Shown piece after piece: positions 1-9,325 of a stretch of 64,000 nt of DNA. The notes beneath the pieces were generated by a model. That model was not told the origin of the DNA. It was given only the letters and a program-made list of their open reading frames with translations, and ran no database searches. The DNA is taken from positions 108,995 through 172,994 of IMG/VR virus record IMGVR_UViG_3300038492_000258; one strand, written 5' to 3'. The position numbers and the translations under genes are program-made. Every line of letters begins with the position of its first letter. Position 1 is the first letter of the stretch. This stretch comes from a virus (taxonomy: Duplodnaviria; Heunggongvirae; Uroviricota; Caudoviricetes).

Positions 1-396
1 TTACGGATAAGGTCCAAAGCATGGAACGTGGAAATAGATTCTTGCGTCGGCGGAATCGTAATAGACATTTTGTTTTCCTTTGGGTTAGTGCGGGCGTGTC
101 CCGCTCTCGAATCCGCTACAGTATAGCGGGCTAGGCGTGCTAGTCAAACGGTAATTTCTTTTTTGACAACCCAAAAATTTTCGGGTACGATAGGGGCTGA
201 GATTGTTTCCGGACGAAGTCTATACTACCTGGAAAAGTTTTCCAGGTGGAAAGTTATTCGTGTATATATTCCTTACTATGAAATATGTTCCCGGAAAGAA
301 TTTCTATGCTGGAAGGTAGGGGCGAGTTTCTCACGAGCCCCTAGTAATAATACATACTGATGCTTCTAGCACTTTTTGGGAATGCAATTCCCAATG

Positions 397-789
397 TTAC
401 CAGCAAACGCTGATAATATAGTTACCCTCAGGAATAAGATCCTGCCGCACCAAATCTAGCAGCAGCAAACGAGCCCCCCATAGTTGTTTTTTGCCGTTAT
501 TGGATTTCCATTCCTCTAGATCGGCACGGTTAAAGGGTGCCATTCCTTCCTCACCCTCGAATTCTTTAACCGCTTCTGCTTTTGTAATATCGTCGTATTC
601 GTGCGACGTATCGTTGCCGCATTCGACATCGGCAACAAATTCATAGGCAGGATTTTCCCATGTATGATTGCCGCTGCCACTCCTGGTGGGTTCAAGTTCA
701 TAATGGGAATTTACAAAGCTATTCCAATCGCCATATTCGACTTGGTGAACAGTTTTAGTATTTACTTTAAGCGTCATAGTTCTTCCCAC
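397..789 (-). CDS. hypothetical protein
   Basis: 130-aa ORF; no recognisable motif. Confidence 0.3.
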   Translation of the reverse strand: MGRTMTLKVNTKTVHQVEYGDWNSFVNSHYELEPTRSGSGNHTWENPAYEFVADVECGNDTSHEYDDITKAEAVKEFEGEEGMAPFNRADLEEWKSNNGKKQLWGARLLLLDLVRQDLIPEGNYIISVCW

Positions 790-1010
790 GCAGGATTTTC
801 CGGATCGTTAAAGATTTGTGCGGCAAATGCAAGCATTTCAGGAGAGCTTGTCATTATCTTAAATAGAAAACGTTTCATGCCGTGTTCACTACCGTACGCG
901 TCAAGCAAACCAACGGCAAGAAAATGATTGTTAAGCAAATAATCCCGGTCAGATTCTAGATATCCATCGGGCTCGTTCTCGTCCAACGGTCGTCTAGCAT
1001 TATACTCCAT
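774..1010 (-). CDS. hypothetical protein
   Basis: 78-aa ORF in co-directional minus-strand block. Confidence 0.25.
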   Translation of the reverse strand: MEYNARRPLDENEPDGYLESDRDYLLNNHFLAVGLLDAYGSEHGMKRFLFKIMTSSPEMLAFAAQIFNDPENPAWEEL

Positions 1011-1012
1011 AA

Positions 1013-1315
1013 TTAGTTCCGACGCGGTCGAAAAATACCAGCCAACAGAGAACTTACAGCCGCCGCATCGCTATCCATTTGACGACGTTCTACGTCGTCA
1101 GGACAACCCGAATAATCGTATTCATAATCCCCATGGGATCCTGAAAGATCATGCGAAGCAGCGGTAATCAGAATATCCCTAACCGAATCCTCAGGAGAGA
1201 CTCCGCATCCACGCGTACCAGGATTCTCGTTAATTACGCTACGATATGCTCCCCACTTACCACCCTTCATGGCGTTAGGGTCATACCAAACTTTGATAGT
1301 CTTTTTGTTAGCCAT
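1013..1315 (-). CDS. hypothetical protein
   Basis: 100-aa ORF, tightly spaced with neighbours. Confidence 0.3.
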   Translation of the reverse strand: MANKKTIKVWYDPNAMKGGKWGAYRSVINENPGTRGCGVSPEDSVRDILITAASHDLSGSHGDYEYDYSGCPDDVERRQMDSDAAAVSSLLAGIFRPRRN

Positions 1316-1718
1316 TTTCTAGTTCACTTTTTGATTTAATAACTAGATCTTCCTTGGGAAAGACTTTCGCACTGTTGTCGGCGTCAAAAGACGGCAACCC
1401 TTGCGGCCCAATAGTTTGGAGCACCGATTCGGCCGTAGCTCGGTCAGGCAGCTCTAGAAGAATAGCACCCGTTTCAATAGAAGTCAAGTAGTAGGGTTCC
1501 ATATCCAAATAGTTCTGATTTTACTCGCTTTAAGCTTTGTAAATCCACTAGGAATTGGGCCATTTCTTCCAGCCCGTCTCGCTTCACTCGTGGAGCAAAA
1601 GATCCCCATTTCTTTTAGAAGATTAGGTAAGTCTTTTGCTTCCGTCCAGTGTATAACTTCGTTAGGCTCTAGCGGGCCAAAGATAACGTCAATATCTCCT
1701 ATTTTCCAAACAGAGTCA

Positions 1719-2117
1719 CTAACTATTACGTTCTCCGGAATCGTCATCTCGAATTGGCTCCAACACGGCAATTATAGCATCCGCTTGCTCGTCTGTCAAG
1801 CGTCTATGCCATTGTGTTTCACGCATTCTGCCCGCCAGACTTGCAATCTTACTTTGCTTTTCATAAAGCCTTACGCGGGCTTCTACTTCTGGCGTCCAAG
1901 CAAGCAATGTATATCCAGGGTAACCACCATCTCGGCCCGTCTCAGCGTCATATTCAATCCAGCCGCCGCTTTCATCTTTTCCATTACAAAAGATTTTTAC
2001 CAGATCTTTTCCACCAACATATCGCGGCTCACAATACGAAACGATTCGCGGACCATAAATTTCTGTACTGCCCTCGCGGTTAGACGTAACCGCAACCTTA
2101 TCGCCAGATCTGAACAT
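1719..2117 (-). CDS. hypothetical protein
   Basis: 132-aa ORF; stop overlaps start of next gene. Confidence 0.3.
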   Translation of the reverse strand: MFRSGDKVAVTSNREGSTEIYGPRIVSYCEPRYVGGKDLVKIFCNGKDESGGWIEYDAETGRDGGYPGYTLLAWTPEVEARVRLYEKQSKIASLAGRMRETQWHRRLTDEQADAIIAVLEPIRDDDSGERNS

Positions 2118-2311
2118 TATTCGTCCTCGTAATCTCGCGGATCAATTTTACGACGGCAAATATCCCGCTCTCTATCTTTATTCTTATTCTTGTGTTTCCC
2201 AGCATTATTCCGACCATAGGTCGAACTAGCTAGGCCGTCGCCGCCACGTTTCACCCGTTCAATTTGTCGGGACACTTCTTTATTCTGTCCCTTCCTGCTA
2301 CCCTTAGCCAT
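2117..2311 (-). CDS. small basic protein
   Basis: 64 aa, K/R-rich. Confidence 0.25.
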   Translation of the reverse strand: MAKGSRKGQNKEVSRQIERVKRGGDGLASSTYGRNNAGKHKNKNKDRERDICRRKIDPRDYEDE

Positions 2312-2685
2312 TATACTTCGATAACTTCTACGTAAGTAGGCAATTTTTCTCGATCAGTTTTATACAAATGATCCGTAATAAGAATTACCTTTTTTACCGG
2401 ACCATGTTCTTCTAAAAAACGTGCTACATTAGAAAAATCTGTACCACCGTACGTGTAAAATTCTTCCGGCCAATCTAGCTCTTCGACATCTTCGTTAAAT
2501 GTAAAATATCGATTAGCATTATTGGGAGCCATAGCGATAGCCCTTTGAAAAGGACCACCGCTCATTGAGTTAGAAGAGTCAATAAAGACCCATGTCTCCC
2601 GCTTCCTACGCAAGTAGGATATCCAATTTTCGATAGTTCCCCACCATGGATAACTAAAAATCCATGCCAAAGTTTGAGCTAGCAT
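2311..2685 (-). CDS. vWA-like domain protein (possibly split with the upstream ORF)
   Basis: MIDAS-like DSSNSM, then GGTD and ILITD motifs; only 124 aa; upstream ORF 2679..2948 overlaps in another frame. Confidence 0.35.
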   Translation of the reverse strand: MLAQTLAWIFSYPWWGTIENWISYLRRKRETWVFIDSSNSMSGGPFQRAIAMAPNNANRYFTFNEDVEELDWPEEFYTYGGTDFSNVARFLEEHGPVKKVILITDHLYKTDREKLPTYVEVIEV

Positions 2686-2948
2686 TTTCTACCACCCTCT
2701 AAGATTTTCTTCCACTTCTCGCCGTCGTGCTCACCAATCCTATCCCACAATTGGGGAAAGTCAACTGCATTTTTGCATTCTAACAATTGTTTTTCTTGGT
2801 TCCATACTAGCGTAAATAGAGGAACCTTAAGGGCGAAAAGCATACCACCCAAGTAAACGCGGCGTAGCCTTGCGTCATGCCACACAAAATGTTTACTAAT
2901 TCTGTTTTCCATAAGGCTCCACCCAGCCCGTACCAGGCAAACCACCAC
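2679..2948 (-). CDS. hypothetical protein (possible N-terminal part of vWA protein)
   Basis: 89-aa ORF overlapping next gene by 7 nt. Confidence 0.25.
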   Translation of the reverse strand: MVVCLVRAGWSLMENRISKHFVWHDARLRRVYLGGMLFALKVPLFTLVWNQEKQLLECKNAVDFPQLWDRIGEHDGEKWKKILEGGRKC

Positions 2949-3102
2949 CGATCAGCCTATACAATTTGCCCTTAATAAAGAGGATTTCTCCGATATCCGG
3001 CATAACACTATCCGGAATATCCCACTTAGCGACTACTTCCTCAGTATCAAAATGCTTAAATTCAATTTCGATTCTCATGATACACCCTTTGAGCCGCCAG
3101 GC

Positions 3103-3351
3103 TCAATTGTCATGCAAATGTGTACCACTCTCAAGCCACTTTGTCAAGGGAATAATACCAAAAGCATCGCCCAGCATTAGGGCAGCGGTAGCAACCATTA
3201 GCAGAATGAAAAGCGTTCCGAAGTCCCTAAGCCAGAGAAAGCATTCTCGGGCCACATCTTTTGTCTCTGGTCCTGTACCGAAAGACATATACACACTAGG
3301 GGGAGCAGCCCTAACGGATCCTCTCTTATACTGGATATTTCCCATTTTCAC
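3103..3351 (-). CDS. small membrane protein
   Basis: 82 aa with hydrophobic helices. Confidence 0.25.
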   Translation of the reverse strand: MKMGNIQYKRGSVRAAPPSVYMSFGTGPETKDVARECFLWLRDFGTLFILLMVATAALMLGDAFGIIPLTKWLESGTHLHDN

Positions 3352-3444
3352 CTTTGGTCTATTTTCAAGTTACATGAAAACGCTTAGAAAATGAAATTGG
3401 TGGGAGTGGGAATGCATTCCCACTCCCACCATCGCCACAGGGAG

Positions 3445-4410
3445 TTATTTCGCTACGTAAGGAGCAAGCAATTCTAGCACCCGTAGCTCTCGCTTGCCAC
3501 GAGAACCCGCCAGAATTTGCTCGGTAATATCTTCCGCAGTCAGTTTGCTGCGGGCTGCCGTATAGTGAGTGTTTACGAACGTTACTGCATTGTAAACATC
3601 CATGGCATTCGCCCCGCTCGTGCCATACCTCGGCATATGGAAGGCCGACATAAATTCAGCGTGCAAGTTACGCTTGTATCCGGAAGGTTCTTCGCCCGGC
3701 TTGACCCTGAGAACCTTCCAAAAGATTTGTTGGGCTTCTGCAAAAGTGATTGGCGTACGCATCATTTTCACAAGCATATCCGCCATTCCAGCAATAACTT
3801 GCTGCAATTGCGACCACCGTTCCATACCCTTTTTGTAGGTATCTACAGCGTTCCCCCGGTGAATAACTTTAAACCCGCCCGAACGACCGAAGGCAATCAT
3901 ACCACTTCGGCCATTAACACGTTCTCCGAAAAGAGAGGCACGGGCCGCACCATTACCGTGGATATTCTCGCCAACTAGATACAAGTCGTATCGCTCGCCC
4001 GTTTGGGATTCCAAAACTTTGGTTTCTTTGTCGGCGATACGCAAAGCTACGTATTCGTAAGTACCGTCTTTGATAGTGAAAGCGGCTTCAGGGGTAGCCA
4101 ATCCTTCCTGGACAAAAAATTCCATTTCGTCCACGAGATTGGTAGGCGAAAGCGGGCTATACTTTCCGCTTACCGTTTGTGTGCTGACAATTTTTCCGTC
4201 GCTGTCGCGACGCAAATGAAATTCGTCAGAAACAGGAACCTTCCAGCCTTTAGGGTCCTCTTGATTGGCTTTATCAACCCACGGATGCACGAAAGAGGGG
4301 GTCGTAAAGACATCGTAATTCATCTCGCGGGCAGCAAGCAATTCTCGAAGGTCGGCAATACCTTCCGTGTTACGGCCCATACAGAAAAAGGTTCGATCTT
4401 GGTGACTCAT
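3445..4410 (-). CDS. hypothetical phage protein
   Basis: 321-aa ORF; no confident motif. Confidence 0.4.
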   Translation of the reverse strand: MSHQDRTFFCMGRNTEGIADLRELLAAREMNYDVFTTPSFVHPWVDKANQEDPKGWKVPVSDEFHLRRDSDGKIVSTQTVSGKYSPLSPTNLVDEMEFFVQEGLATPEAAFTIKDGTYEYVALRIADKETKVLESQTGERYDLYLVGENIHGNGAARASLFGERVNGRSGMIAFGRSGGFKVIHRGNAVDTYKKGMERWSQLQQVIAGMADMLVKMMRTPITFAEAQQIFWKVLRVKPGEEPSGYKRNLHAEFMSAFHMPRYGTSGANAMDVYNAVTFVNTHYTAARSKLTAEDITEQILAGSRGKRELRVLELLAPYVAK

Positions 4411-4500
4411 ATTATTTCCCTGTTGCGTCGAAAACTAGTGTGCCGGGCTTATCCTCACCCGACACACTATGATACCCTATCGTTTGCCGTTTGACAAGTT

Positions 4501-4842
4501 TTAGCCCTGGTTTTCGTCGGGCGTGGTCGTGCGGGAGCCCTTCTTGCTCGTCGCACTGCGGGTGCGGTTAGCGTTCCGGTAGGCCGTATCGACCAGACGA
4601 GCGATAAACGAACCGATCGAGACGGGAAAAGCTTTGCCCGTGCGGGGATCGGTGCCATACTGGCTTTTGAGGTTCGGACGAGCCAGCAGGAATTCGAGCT
4701 GGCTAAGCGTTTCCTGCGGAACCCGGAACGGACGATTGACGAGAGTCGCCTGGATATCGGCCGGGAAGGCAGACGGGCGACCCGGGCCACGGCTCGGAGC
4801 GTCGGCGGTCGAGTTAGCAGAAGCGTTCTTGCGGTTACCCAT
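4501..4842 (-). CDS. ribbon-helix-helix-like DNA-binding protein (GC-rich)
   Basis: About 62% GC versus about 43% for the window; segment NRPFRVPQETLSQLEFLLA fits the beta-strand/helix pattern of RHH (CopG/Arc) proteins. Confidence 0.35.
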   Translation of the reverse strand: MGNRKNASANSTADAPSRGPGRPSAFPADIQATLVNRPFRVPQETLSQLEFLLARPNLKSQYGTDPRTGKAFPVSIGSFIARLVDTAYRNANRTRSATSKKGSRTTTPDENQG

Positions 4843-4939
4843 AACAGATTTTCCTTTCGTTTGTGTTGCCGTTGCGGCAGTTAATTAGTGGGCGTCGTTT
4901 GCCCGATTCGCAGCAATCATATCCGGCCCCAGCCGGAAG

Positions 4940-5338
4940 TCAAATGGATTTTTGAAAATCGACCCTGTAGCGTCTCCCAACCCTACGAATGCGAAATTTA
5001 TTCCGCAAACGCTTGGATTTCCAGAGTCGTTGAGCATTCGTCGAAAAGTTTGCCGAGCTACGTACTTCCCAGCCACGTTTCCTAGCTCGCTCCAAAAGCG
5101 TACTATACATTACAATACCAAGACCCTGCCCACGAAACCCAGGATGCAATTCGATATGCGTTTCCCAGAAACCGTATTTAGTCTTGCAAAGCACCGCACT
5201 ACCTAGATACCAACAATCATCCGTCGTGAATTCAATCCTATAAAAAGGATCCTTCCCAATGGGCGGCAGAGAACCCGGACAAGTAGTCTCATCGTATCCA
5301 CCGGATTGGCGGTAGGTAGTTTTTGTGCGGAGTTTCAT
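4940..5338 (-). CDS. GNAT family N-acetyltransferase
   Basis: Motif A HIELHPGFRGQGLGIVMYSTLLERARKRG (R/Q-x-x-G-x-G/A acetyl-CoA loop). Confidence 0.6.
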   Translation of the reverse strand: MKLRTKTTYRQSGGYDETTCPGSLPPIGKDPFYRIEFTTDDCWYLGSAVLCKTKYGFWETHIELHPGFRGQGLGIVMYSTLLERARKRGWEVRSSANFSTNAQRLWKSKRLRNKFRIRRVGRRYRVDFQKSI

Positions 5339-5356
5339 AACGCCACTACTTTAACC

Positions 5357-5366
5357 GACTGTCGAC
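5357..5366. promoter_or_regulatory. 10-bp perfect palindrome CTGTCGACAG in GNAT promoter region
   Basis: Sits between a TGGACA -35-like and TAAAGT -10-like element (minus strand) about 20 nt upstream of the GNAT ATG. Confidence 0.3.
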
Positions 5367-5540
5367 AGATTGTCCAGCGAAAAATAAAAAATGCTTTCCG
5401 CTTGCACGGCGAGCTTAGCCCGCTATCCTCTCTGCGGCTTAGCCAAGAAAAGATTGGTAGTCTAAAGTGGAGGACAGTGGGTTCTAACCCCAAAAATGTG
5501 AGAGTTAACCGCCTTACCTGATCTTTTCACTATTTCTCTT

Positions 5541-5568
5541 TGACACTAACCCAGAATGGGTTATAATG
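5541..5568 (+). promoter_or_regulatory. near-consensus sigma70 promoter (TTGACA-16-TATAAT)
   Basis: TTGACA at 5541 and TATAAT at 5563; divergent from GNAT promoter. Confidence 0.45.
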
Positions 5569-5574
5569 GTTGTG

Positions 5575-5830
5575 TCCGAGCGACGAGAACAGCTCGGAAC
5601 GTCAGGGGGCACCTGAGCCCGACACCCCTGATCGGCGGCCGGAACGGGAACGTATCTCCTTCGTAAGAAGTTGAGATTGCCCACCGGCCCCCAGTAGCGG
5701 CAACGCGTCGTGCCGCTGGCCCGCCTCCCAACCCACAGGAGCGGGCCCTTAAGTAAGGGAAATCCTGAAGCCGCCAGAACTTTGCGTATTGCAATAGTAA
5801 GGGAAAACTACACACTTCTACAAATTCGGC
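5575..5830 (+). ncRNA. GC-rich structured non-coding RNA candidate
   Basis: About 250 nt at about 60% GC with many nested perfect hairpins (TCCGAGC/GCTCGGA, GCGGCA/TGCCGC, GGCCCGC/GCGGGCC, GTGTC..GACAC); directly downstream of the consensus promoter; the overlapping minus ORF 5561..5815 looks spurious. Confidence 0.3.
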
Positions 5831-5876
5831 ATATTAACCGAATCTATGTATAATTCGGCTTTACAACCGAATCTAA
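5826..5876. promoter_or_regulatory. two copies of palindrome ATTCGG-N8-CCGAAT
   Basis: aattcggcatattaaccgaatc and aattcggctttacaaccgaatc 30 bp apart; a third related copy (ttcggcatattgttccgaa) at 62604..62622. Confidence 0.35.
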
Positions 5877-6256
5877 AGAGACCCCCGGTCCTTCTTATTG
5901 CTATCGAGATATTCACGGAACTGTTCCTCCGTCATATCTTTTAAGAACATATAATGATCATGAAGCTGCCTGAGATGCTTCATGGCTTGCTCAAACGAAT
6001 CACCGCATACAACGCTACAAAAACGAAGTTTTGGATTCTTACAAGGCATAGGGCTATTAACAGTAATAACATGACAATGCCCCATCGCCAAATTCTCAGC
6101 CTTAGACTTACCCAGAACGTACCAGTCTCGTTCCACATAAGTGTAATCATATTGAATGCCATCAATAACGACGGAATCCTCAACCGTTAAATAAGTTTGA
6201 GGTTCCCAATCGTCACCATCCCGCCAATCACAGATATCTGAAAAATAATCGTTCAC
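5873..6256 (-). CDS. hypothetical protein
   Basis: 127-aa ORF. Confidence 0.35.
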   Translation of the reverse strand: MNDYFSDICDWRDGDDWEPQTYLTVEDSVVIDGIQYDYTYVERDWYVLGKSKAENLAMGHCHVITVNSPMPCKNPKLRFCSVVCGDSFEQAMKHLRQLHDHYMFLKDMTEEQFREYLDSNKKDRGSL

Positions 6257-6590
6257 TTAAACTCCAGATAAACAGGTATAGACGGCATTGTTTCTAACAC
6301 TTGATGGACTACTTCAAATGGATACTTAAGATATCCATATTCGGTTTTATGATACCGAAAATCATAACGATCATGTTCCACCTTTTGTAGAACAAATCTC
6401 GGACGTTTATCAATCATATACCAAATTTCAAATAAACTGGTGTTGGTTTAATAAATCCTTTTAAGATAGAGTTGATTGCTCCACATGGTAGACACATATA
6501 CGGACCATATGTTTCATCACGAAATTCTACCCAATATTCATCGACAAAACCAGCGGGATTAATGGATTTTTGCTTATGAACCCGAATGGT

Positions 6591-6661
6591 TGCGGGACTG
6601 AGATTCGAACTCAGGTTGCCGGATTCAGAGTCCGGTGTCTTAGCCACTAGACGATCCCGCG
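6591..6661 (-). tRNA. tRNA-Gln (anticodon CUG)
   Basis: Cloverleaf on minus strand: anticodon arm CCGGA-CTCTGAA-TCCGG, T arm CTGAG-TTCGAAT-CTCAG, 6-7 bp acceptor. Confidence 0.7.
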
Positions 6662-6670
6662 TCATTGATT

Positions 6671-6747
6671 TGGTGGAATGGGTGGGAGTCGAACCCACAA
6701 CACGGAGCTTGCAAAGCTCTGTCGCTTACCTCAGTACATGCCACCCC
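6671..6747 (-). tRNA. tRNA-Ala (anticodon UGC), CCA encoded
   Basis: Acceptor GGGGTGG/CCATTCC with G3.U70; loop TTTGCAA; T arm GTGGG-TTCGACT-CCCAC; ends ACCA. Confidence 0.55.
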
Positions 6748-6752
6748 AATTA

Positions 6753-7244
6753 TCATAGACTACTCAGATATCCCACCAACACAGGATTACCAGCACTCGA
6801 CGTACCTCGAATAATATCCCCTTCTTCAAAGAAGAGGCAAGATGGCGTCCCCAACGTATTTACTGCGGATGGATTCATAACACCTACTCCACCATCTTGG
6901 GCACGCAAGACAAATGCCCAAATCACAGAGAAACCGCCACCCTGATTACGTTCAACACTGACCCGGGTAACTTCGCTACTGCATCCAGCACCAGTAATCA
7001 CTAGTCTTTGTCCCACCGGAACAATGAATTCTTCAGTCTGACCGACGACGCCCGATTGCGTCCCAATCATTACCATATCAGACGGTGCAGGAATACCAGC
7101 AACCTTTAGAACTTTAGCGGTACTAATGGGGGCATATTGCTTGACACCAGCGGGCTGCTTGGTAATTTGTCCAGCCGTAGCAGTAATAGTAAGAGCAGCT
7201 AGAAAAACTCCTAGAACGGCCAACGTTCTCTTAATCGGACTCAT
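6753..7244 (-). CDS. secreted/membrane-anchored protein
   Basis: N-terminal signal-like hydrophobic segment, Gly/Val-rich beta-like body. Confidence 0.4.
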   Translation of the reverse strand: MSPIKRTLAVLGVFLAALTITATAGQITKQPAGVKQYAPISTAKVLKVAGIPAPSDMVMIGTQSGVVGQTEEFIVPVGQRLVITGAGCSSEVTRVSVERNQGGGFSVIWAFVLRAQDGGVGVMNPSAVNTLGTPSCLFFEEGDIIRGTSSAGNPVLVGYLSSL

Positions 7245-7656
7245 ATTGTCTTAGCTTTCGACGATAGTTTCGATGATGTTTTACATGGGCCTTGCGACAC
7301 AAATCGCAACGACACCCAAACGTTCTATATTCAGAAATAGTACCGTGTTCTACAGGTTTTTGACGCCCCTTAGGGGGCCCACCCCGAGACTCTCTAATAT
7401 TACACGATAAATGACTAAATGCAATATTTTCTAAATCAAAAAATAACCCCGGAGGATCATTACTATCCATCCACGGAGTCTTATGTTCAATCGAAAAATG
7501 ATCTATGTCAGTAATAATTTCTCCACATTGGAAACATTTATCTCGTCCAAGCTCTTGAACAAGACGAAACATAATCATTTTACGAAGCCTAGAGTTAGCC
7601 GTACCAAACGGTAAACCTAACTGCTCTTTTCGCTTAAGGTTCCCTTTGTCTACCAT
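7231..7656 (-). CDS. HNH homing endonuclease
   Basis: CFQCG..HFSIEHKTPW..NIAFSHLSCN (H-N-H with zinc-binding cysteines); lies between tRNA genes. Confidence 0.65.
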   Translation of the reverse strand: MVDKGNLKRKEQLGLPFGTANSRLRKMIMFRLVQELGRDKCFQCGEIITDIDHFSIEHKTPWMDSNDPPGLFFDLENIAFSHLSCNIRESRGGPPKGRQKPVEHGTISEYRTFGCRCDLCRKAHVKHHRNYRRKLRQYESD

Positions 7657-7702
7657 GCTAACATGGTGACAATCCGCCCAACCTTGTCAAGCAAAAAGTA
7701 TG

Positions 7703-7781
7703 TGGTAGCAGAGGCTGGATTTGAACCAGCGATCTTCAGGTCATGGGCCTGACGAGGACGACCAGACTCCTCTACTCTGCG
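7703..7781 (-). tRNA. tRNA-Met-like (anticodon CAU), CCA encoded
   Basis: Anticodon arm TCAGG-CCCATGA-CCTGA (C at position 33 is unusual); T arm GCTGG-TTCAAAT-CCAGC; acceptor GCAGAG/CTCTGC. Confidence 0.5.
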
Positions 7782-7811
7782 GTCTATATATTACCCTAAA
7801 CTTGCTCCCTG

Positions 7812-8000
7812 TCAACTATTTTCTTCGTTTTGCTCATCCCACCAATCGATAAGTCTCTCAAGAGATTCGCTAGGAACATGTCCGCAAATTATATCAGCAA
7901 GTGTCAGTGTGAGCGTTGTACCATCATTAAAAATAAAACGAAGACTACGATGATCTTTTCGCCCGTGGCGAGTTGTTTCCACTTTTGTCGTTACATCCAT
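7812..8000 (-). CDS. hypothetical small protein
   Basis: 62-aa ORF; competing + strand ORF 7830..8396 overlaps. Confidence 0.2.
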   Translation of the reverse strand: MDVTTKVETTRHGRKDHRSLRFIFNDGTTLTLTLADIICGHVPSESLERLIDWWDEQNEENS

Positions 8001-8508
8001 CTTCTGAATACCTGCCTGTATCAGGCTGAGAAAGAAAGAAAACAGTATAAATACTACATCATCCGCTCGAACACAGATGCCTCAAAGGACTCTGGCAACT
8101 TGCGTCGGCATATGGTATACCTGGGAGGCCCGATCGTCAACCTCTTTTTTGGATTTGACAGTCGGCCGGATTCGGGTATAATACCGGCATCACCAGAAAG
8201 GACTGATAACATCATGCTAGTGGCATCACTAATTTATCTTGTTAAAACGTGGCTCACTGGAGCCCTGATCTCGGGCGTCTTCGCACTAGGTTATTCTGTC
8301 GGCATCCGAAAACTTTCTATTACACGAGTTGTACAATACTCAGTGAGCTGGCCATATTGGGTCGGCCAAGCGGCCCACCGCGAAATTAAACGGTGATAGC
8401 AGCAACACTCATTCCTATTTGGCTAATAGGAAACCTTTCTTTTCTCAGCTTTCTTAATACTGAATCAAAGAAATTAAGCTGGTTCCAACGCTTACTTTAT
8501 TCAAGTCT

Positions 8509-8943
8509 GTGGCCAGTTTGGCTTACTATTGGTGTTTACCAAAGGATTACATCATGAAGCAGTTTAATGCACAAAATGTTAGAACGCTAGAACAAGAGCT
8601 ACTCAAGGTGCTCCAGAGGTATGGTGTAAAAAATGGGATTGCTGTCAACACTGTTGCTTCAAAATTTACTAGTAATACTTGTGAAGTAACTTTTGGAATA
8701 TCGTTCGACGAAGAGACGATTTCACAAGAAGCACAAGATTATCGACAGTTTGCCGATGTGTTTGGGTTAGAGCAGGATTGGTTGCATAAAACATTTGAAT
8801 ATGCTGGTCATCAGTACATAATTATTGGCTTGCGACAACACCGCCGTAAACAAATCATTGTTCGTCGAATCTTTGATGGTTTGATTGATTATTTTGATGT
8901 TGAGGATATTGTTCTTCTTATGATGGAAAATGAATCAACTTGA
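8509..8943 (+). CDS. hypothetical protein
   Basis: 144-aa ORF, start of long + strand gene array. Confidence 0.35.
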   Translation: MASLAYYWCLPKDYIMKQFNAQNVRTLEQELLKVLQRYGVKNGIAVNTVASKFTSNTCEVTFGISFDEETISQEAQDYRQFADVFGLEQDWLHKTFEYAGHQYIIIGLRQHRRKQIIVRRIFDGLIDYFDVEDIVLLMMENEST

Positions 8944-9325
8944 ATTAATTTGTCTAGCGGAGTTAGCTAGAACAGAAGCAATTCTCAAGGCAGCAGCAAA
9001 CAGCACAAAGAAATTTCATGAGCCCACGCTAGAATTTCATCGTGGCGTAGCCGCAACGTGTCAAAAAGTTCTAGCTTATATTGATAGCACAATTAAATCT
9101 GTCTATGATATTGTAGATGTCATAAACTGGTATGTGTCTGCTCGAAGTGACGAATGGGATTGTACTGCATATAAACCCGAAGGCTGTCATTGGGACAAAG
9201 CTATTCTTCGAAAGAATGGATATCTGGCTATTATTGATCTAGAATTAGGACACATTACTATCTGGTCCCCGCAGCAAAAACGAATTCAACCAAGTTTTCC
9301 ATATGATAATCGTTGGTGCGTCTGA
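8930..9325 (+). CDS. hypothetical protein
   Basis: 131-aa ORF overlapping neighbours by a few nt. Confidence 0.35.
   Translation: MNQLELICLAELARTEAILKAAANSTKKFHEPTLEFHRGVAATCQKVLAYIDSTIKSVYDIVDVINWYVSARSDEWDCTAYKPEGCHWDKAILRKNGYLAIIDLELGHITIWSPQQKRIQPSFPYDNRWCV

Noticed and set aside
2896-3351. Possible UGA readthrough fusing minus-strand ORFs 3103..3351 and 2896..3078 (same frame, TGA then 8 codons then ATG)
   Set aside because: Same-frame adjacency has a one-in-three chance; the downstream ORF has its own ATG and nothing conserved spans the stop.
4467-4790. 107-aa Arg-rich minus-strand ORF
   Set aside because: Alternative frame of the RHH-like gene; low-complexity Arg/Ser/Ala composition typical of a GC-rich off-frame ORF.
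5561-5815. 84-aa minus-strand ORF in the GC-rich segment
   Set aside because: Gly/Ala/Arg-rich translation typical of random ORFs in GC-rich RNA-structured DNA; region better explained as a structured ncRNA.
6414-6698. ORFs overlapping tRNA genes (6414..6698 -, 16728..16943 +, 17627..18022 -, 19743..20228 -, 22676..22939 -, N-terminal parts of 17200..17568, 19335..19700, 26523..26738, 30787..31113, 37562..37795, 42128..42490)
   Set aside because: They run through well-formed tRNA cloverleaves; only the portions downstream of the tRNA, starting at an internal ATG, were kept as possible genes.
7830-8396. 188-aa plus-strand ORF
   Set aside because: Overlaps a plausible minus-strand ORF and intergenic A/T-rich sequence; first half has odd composition; only a possible short C-terminal membrane peptide might be real.
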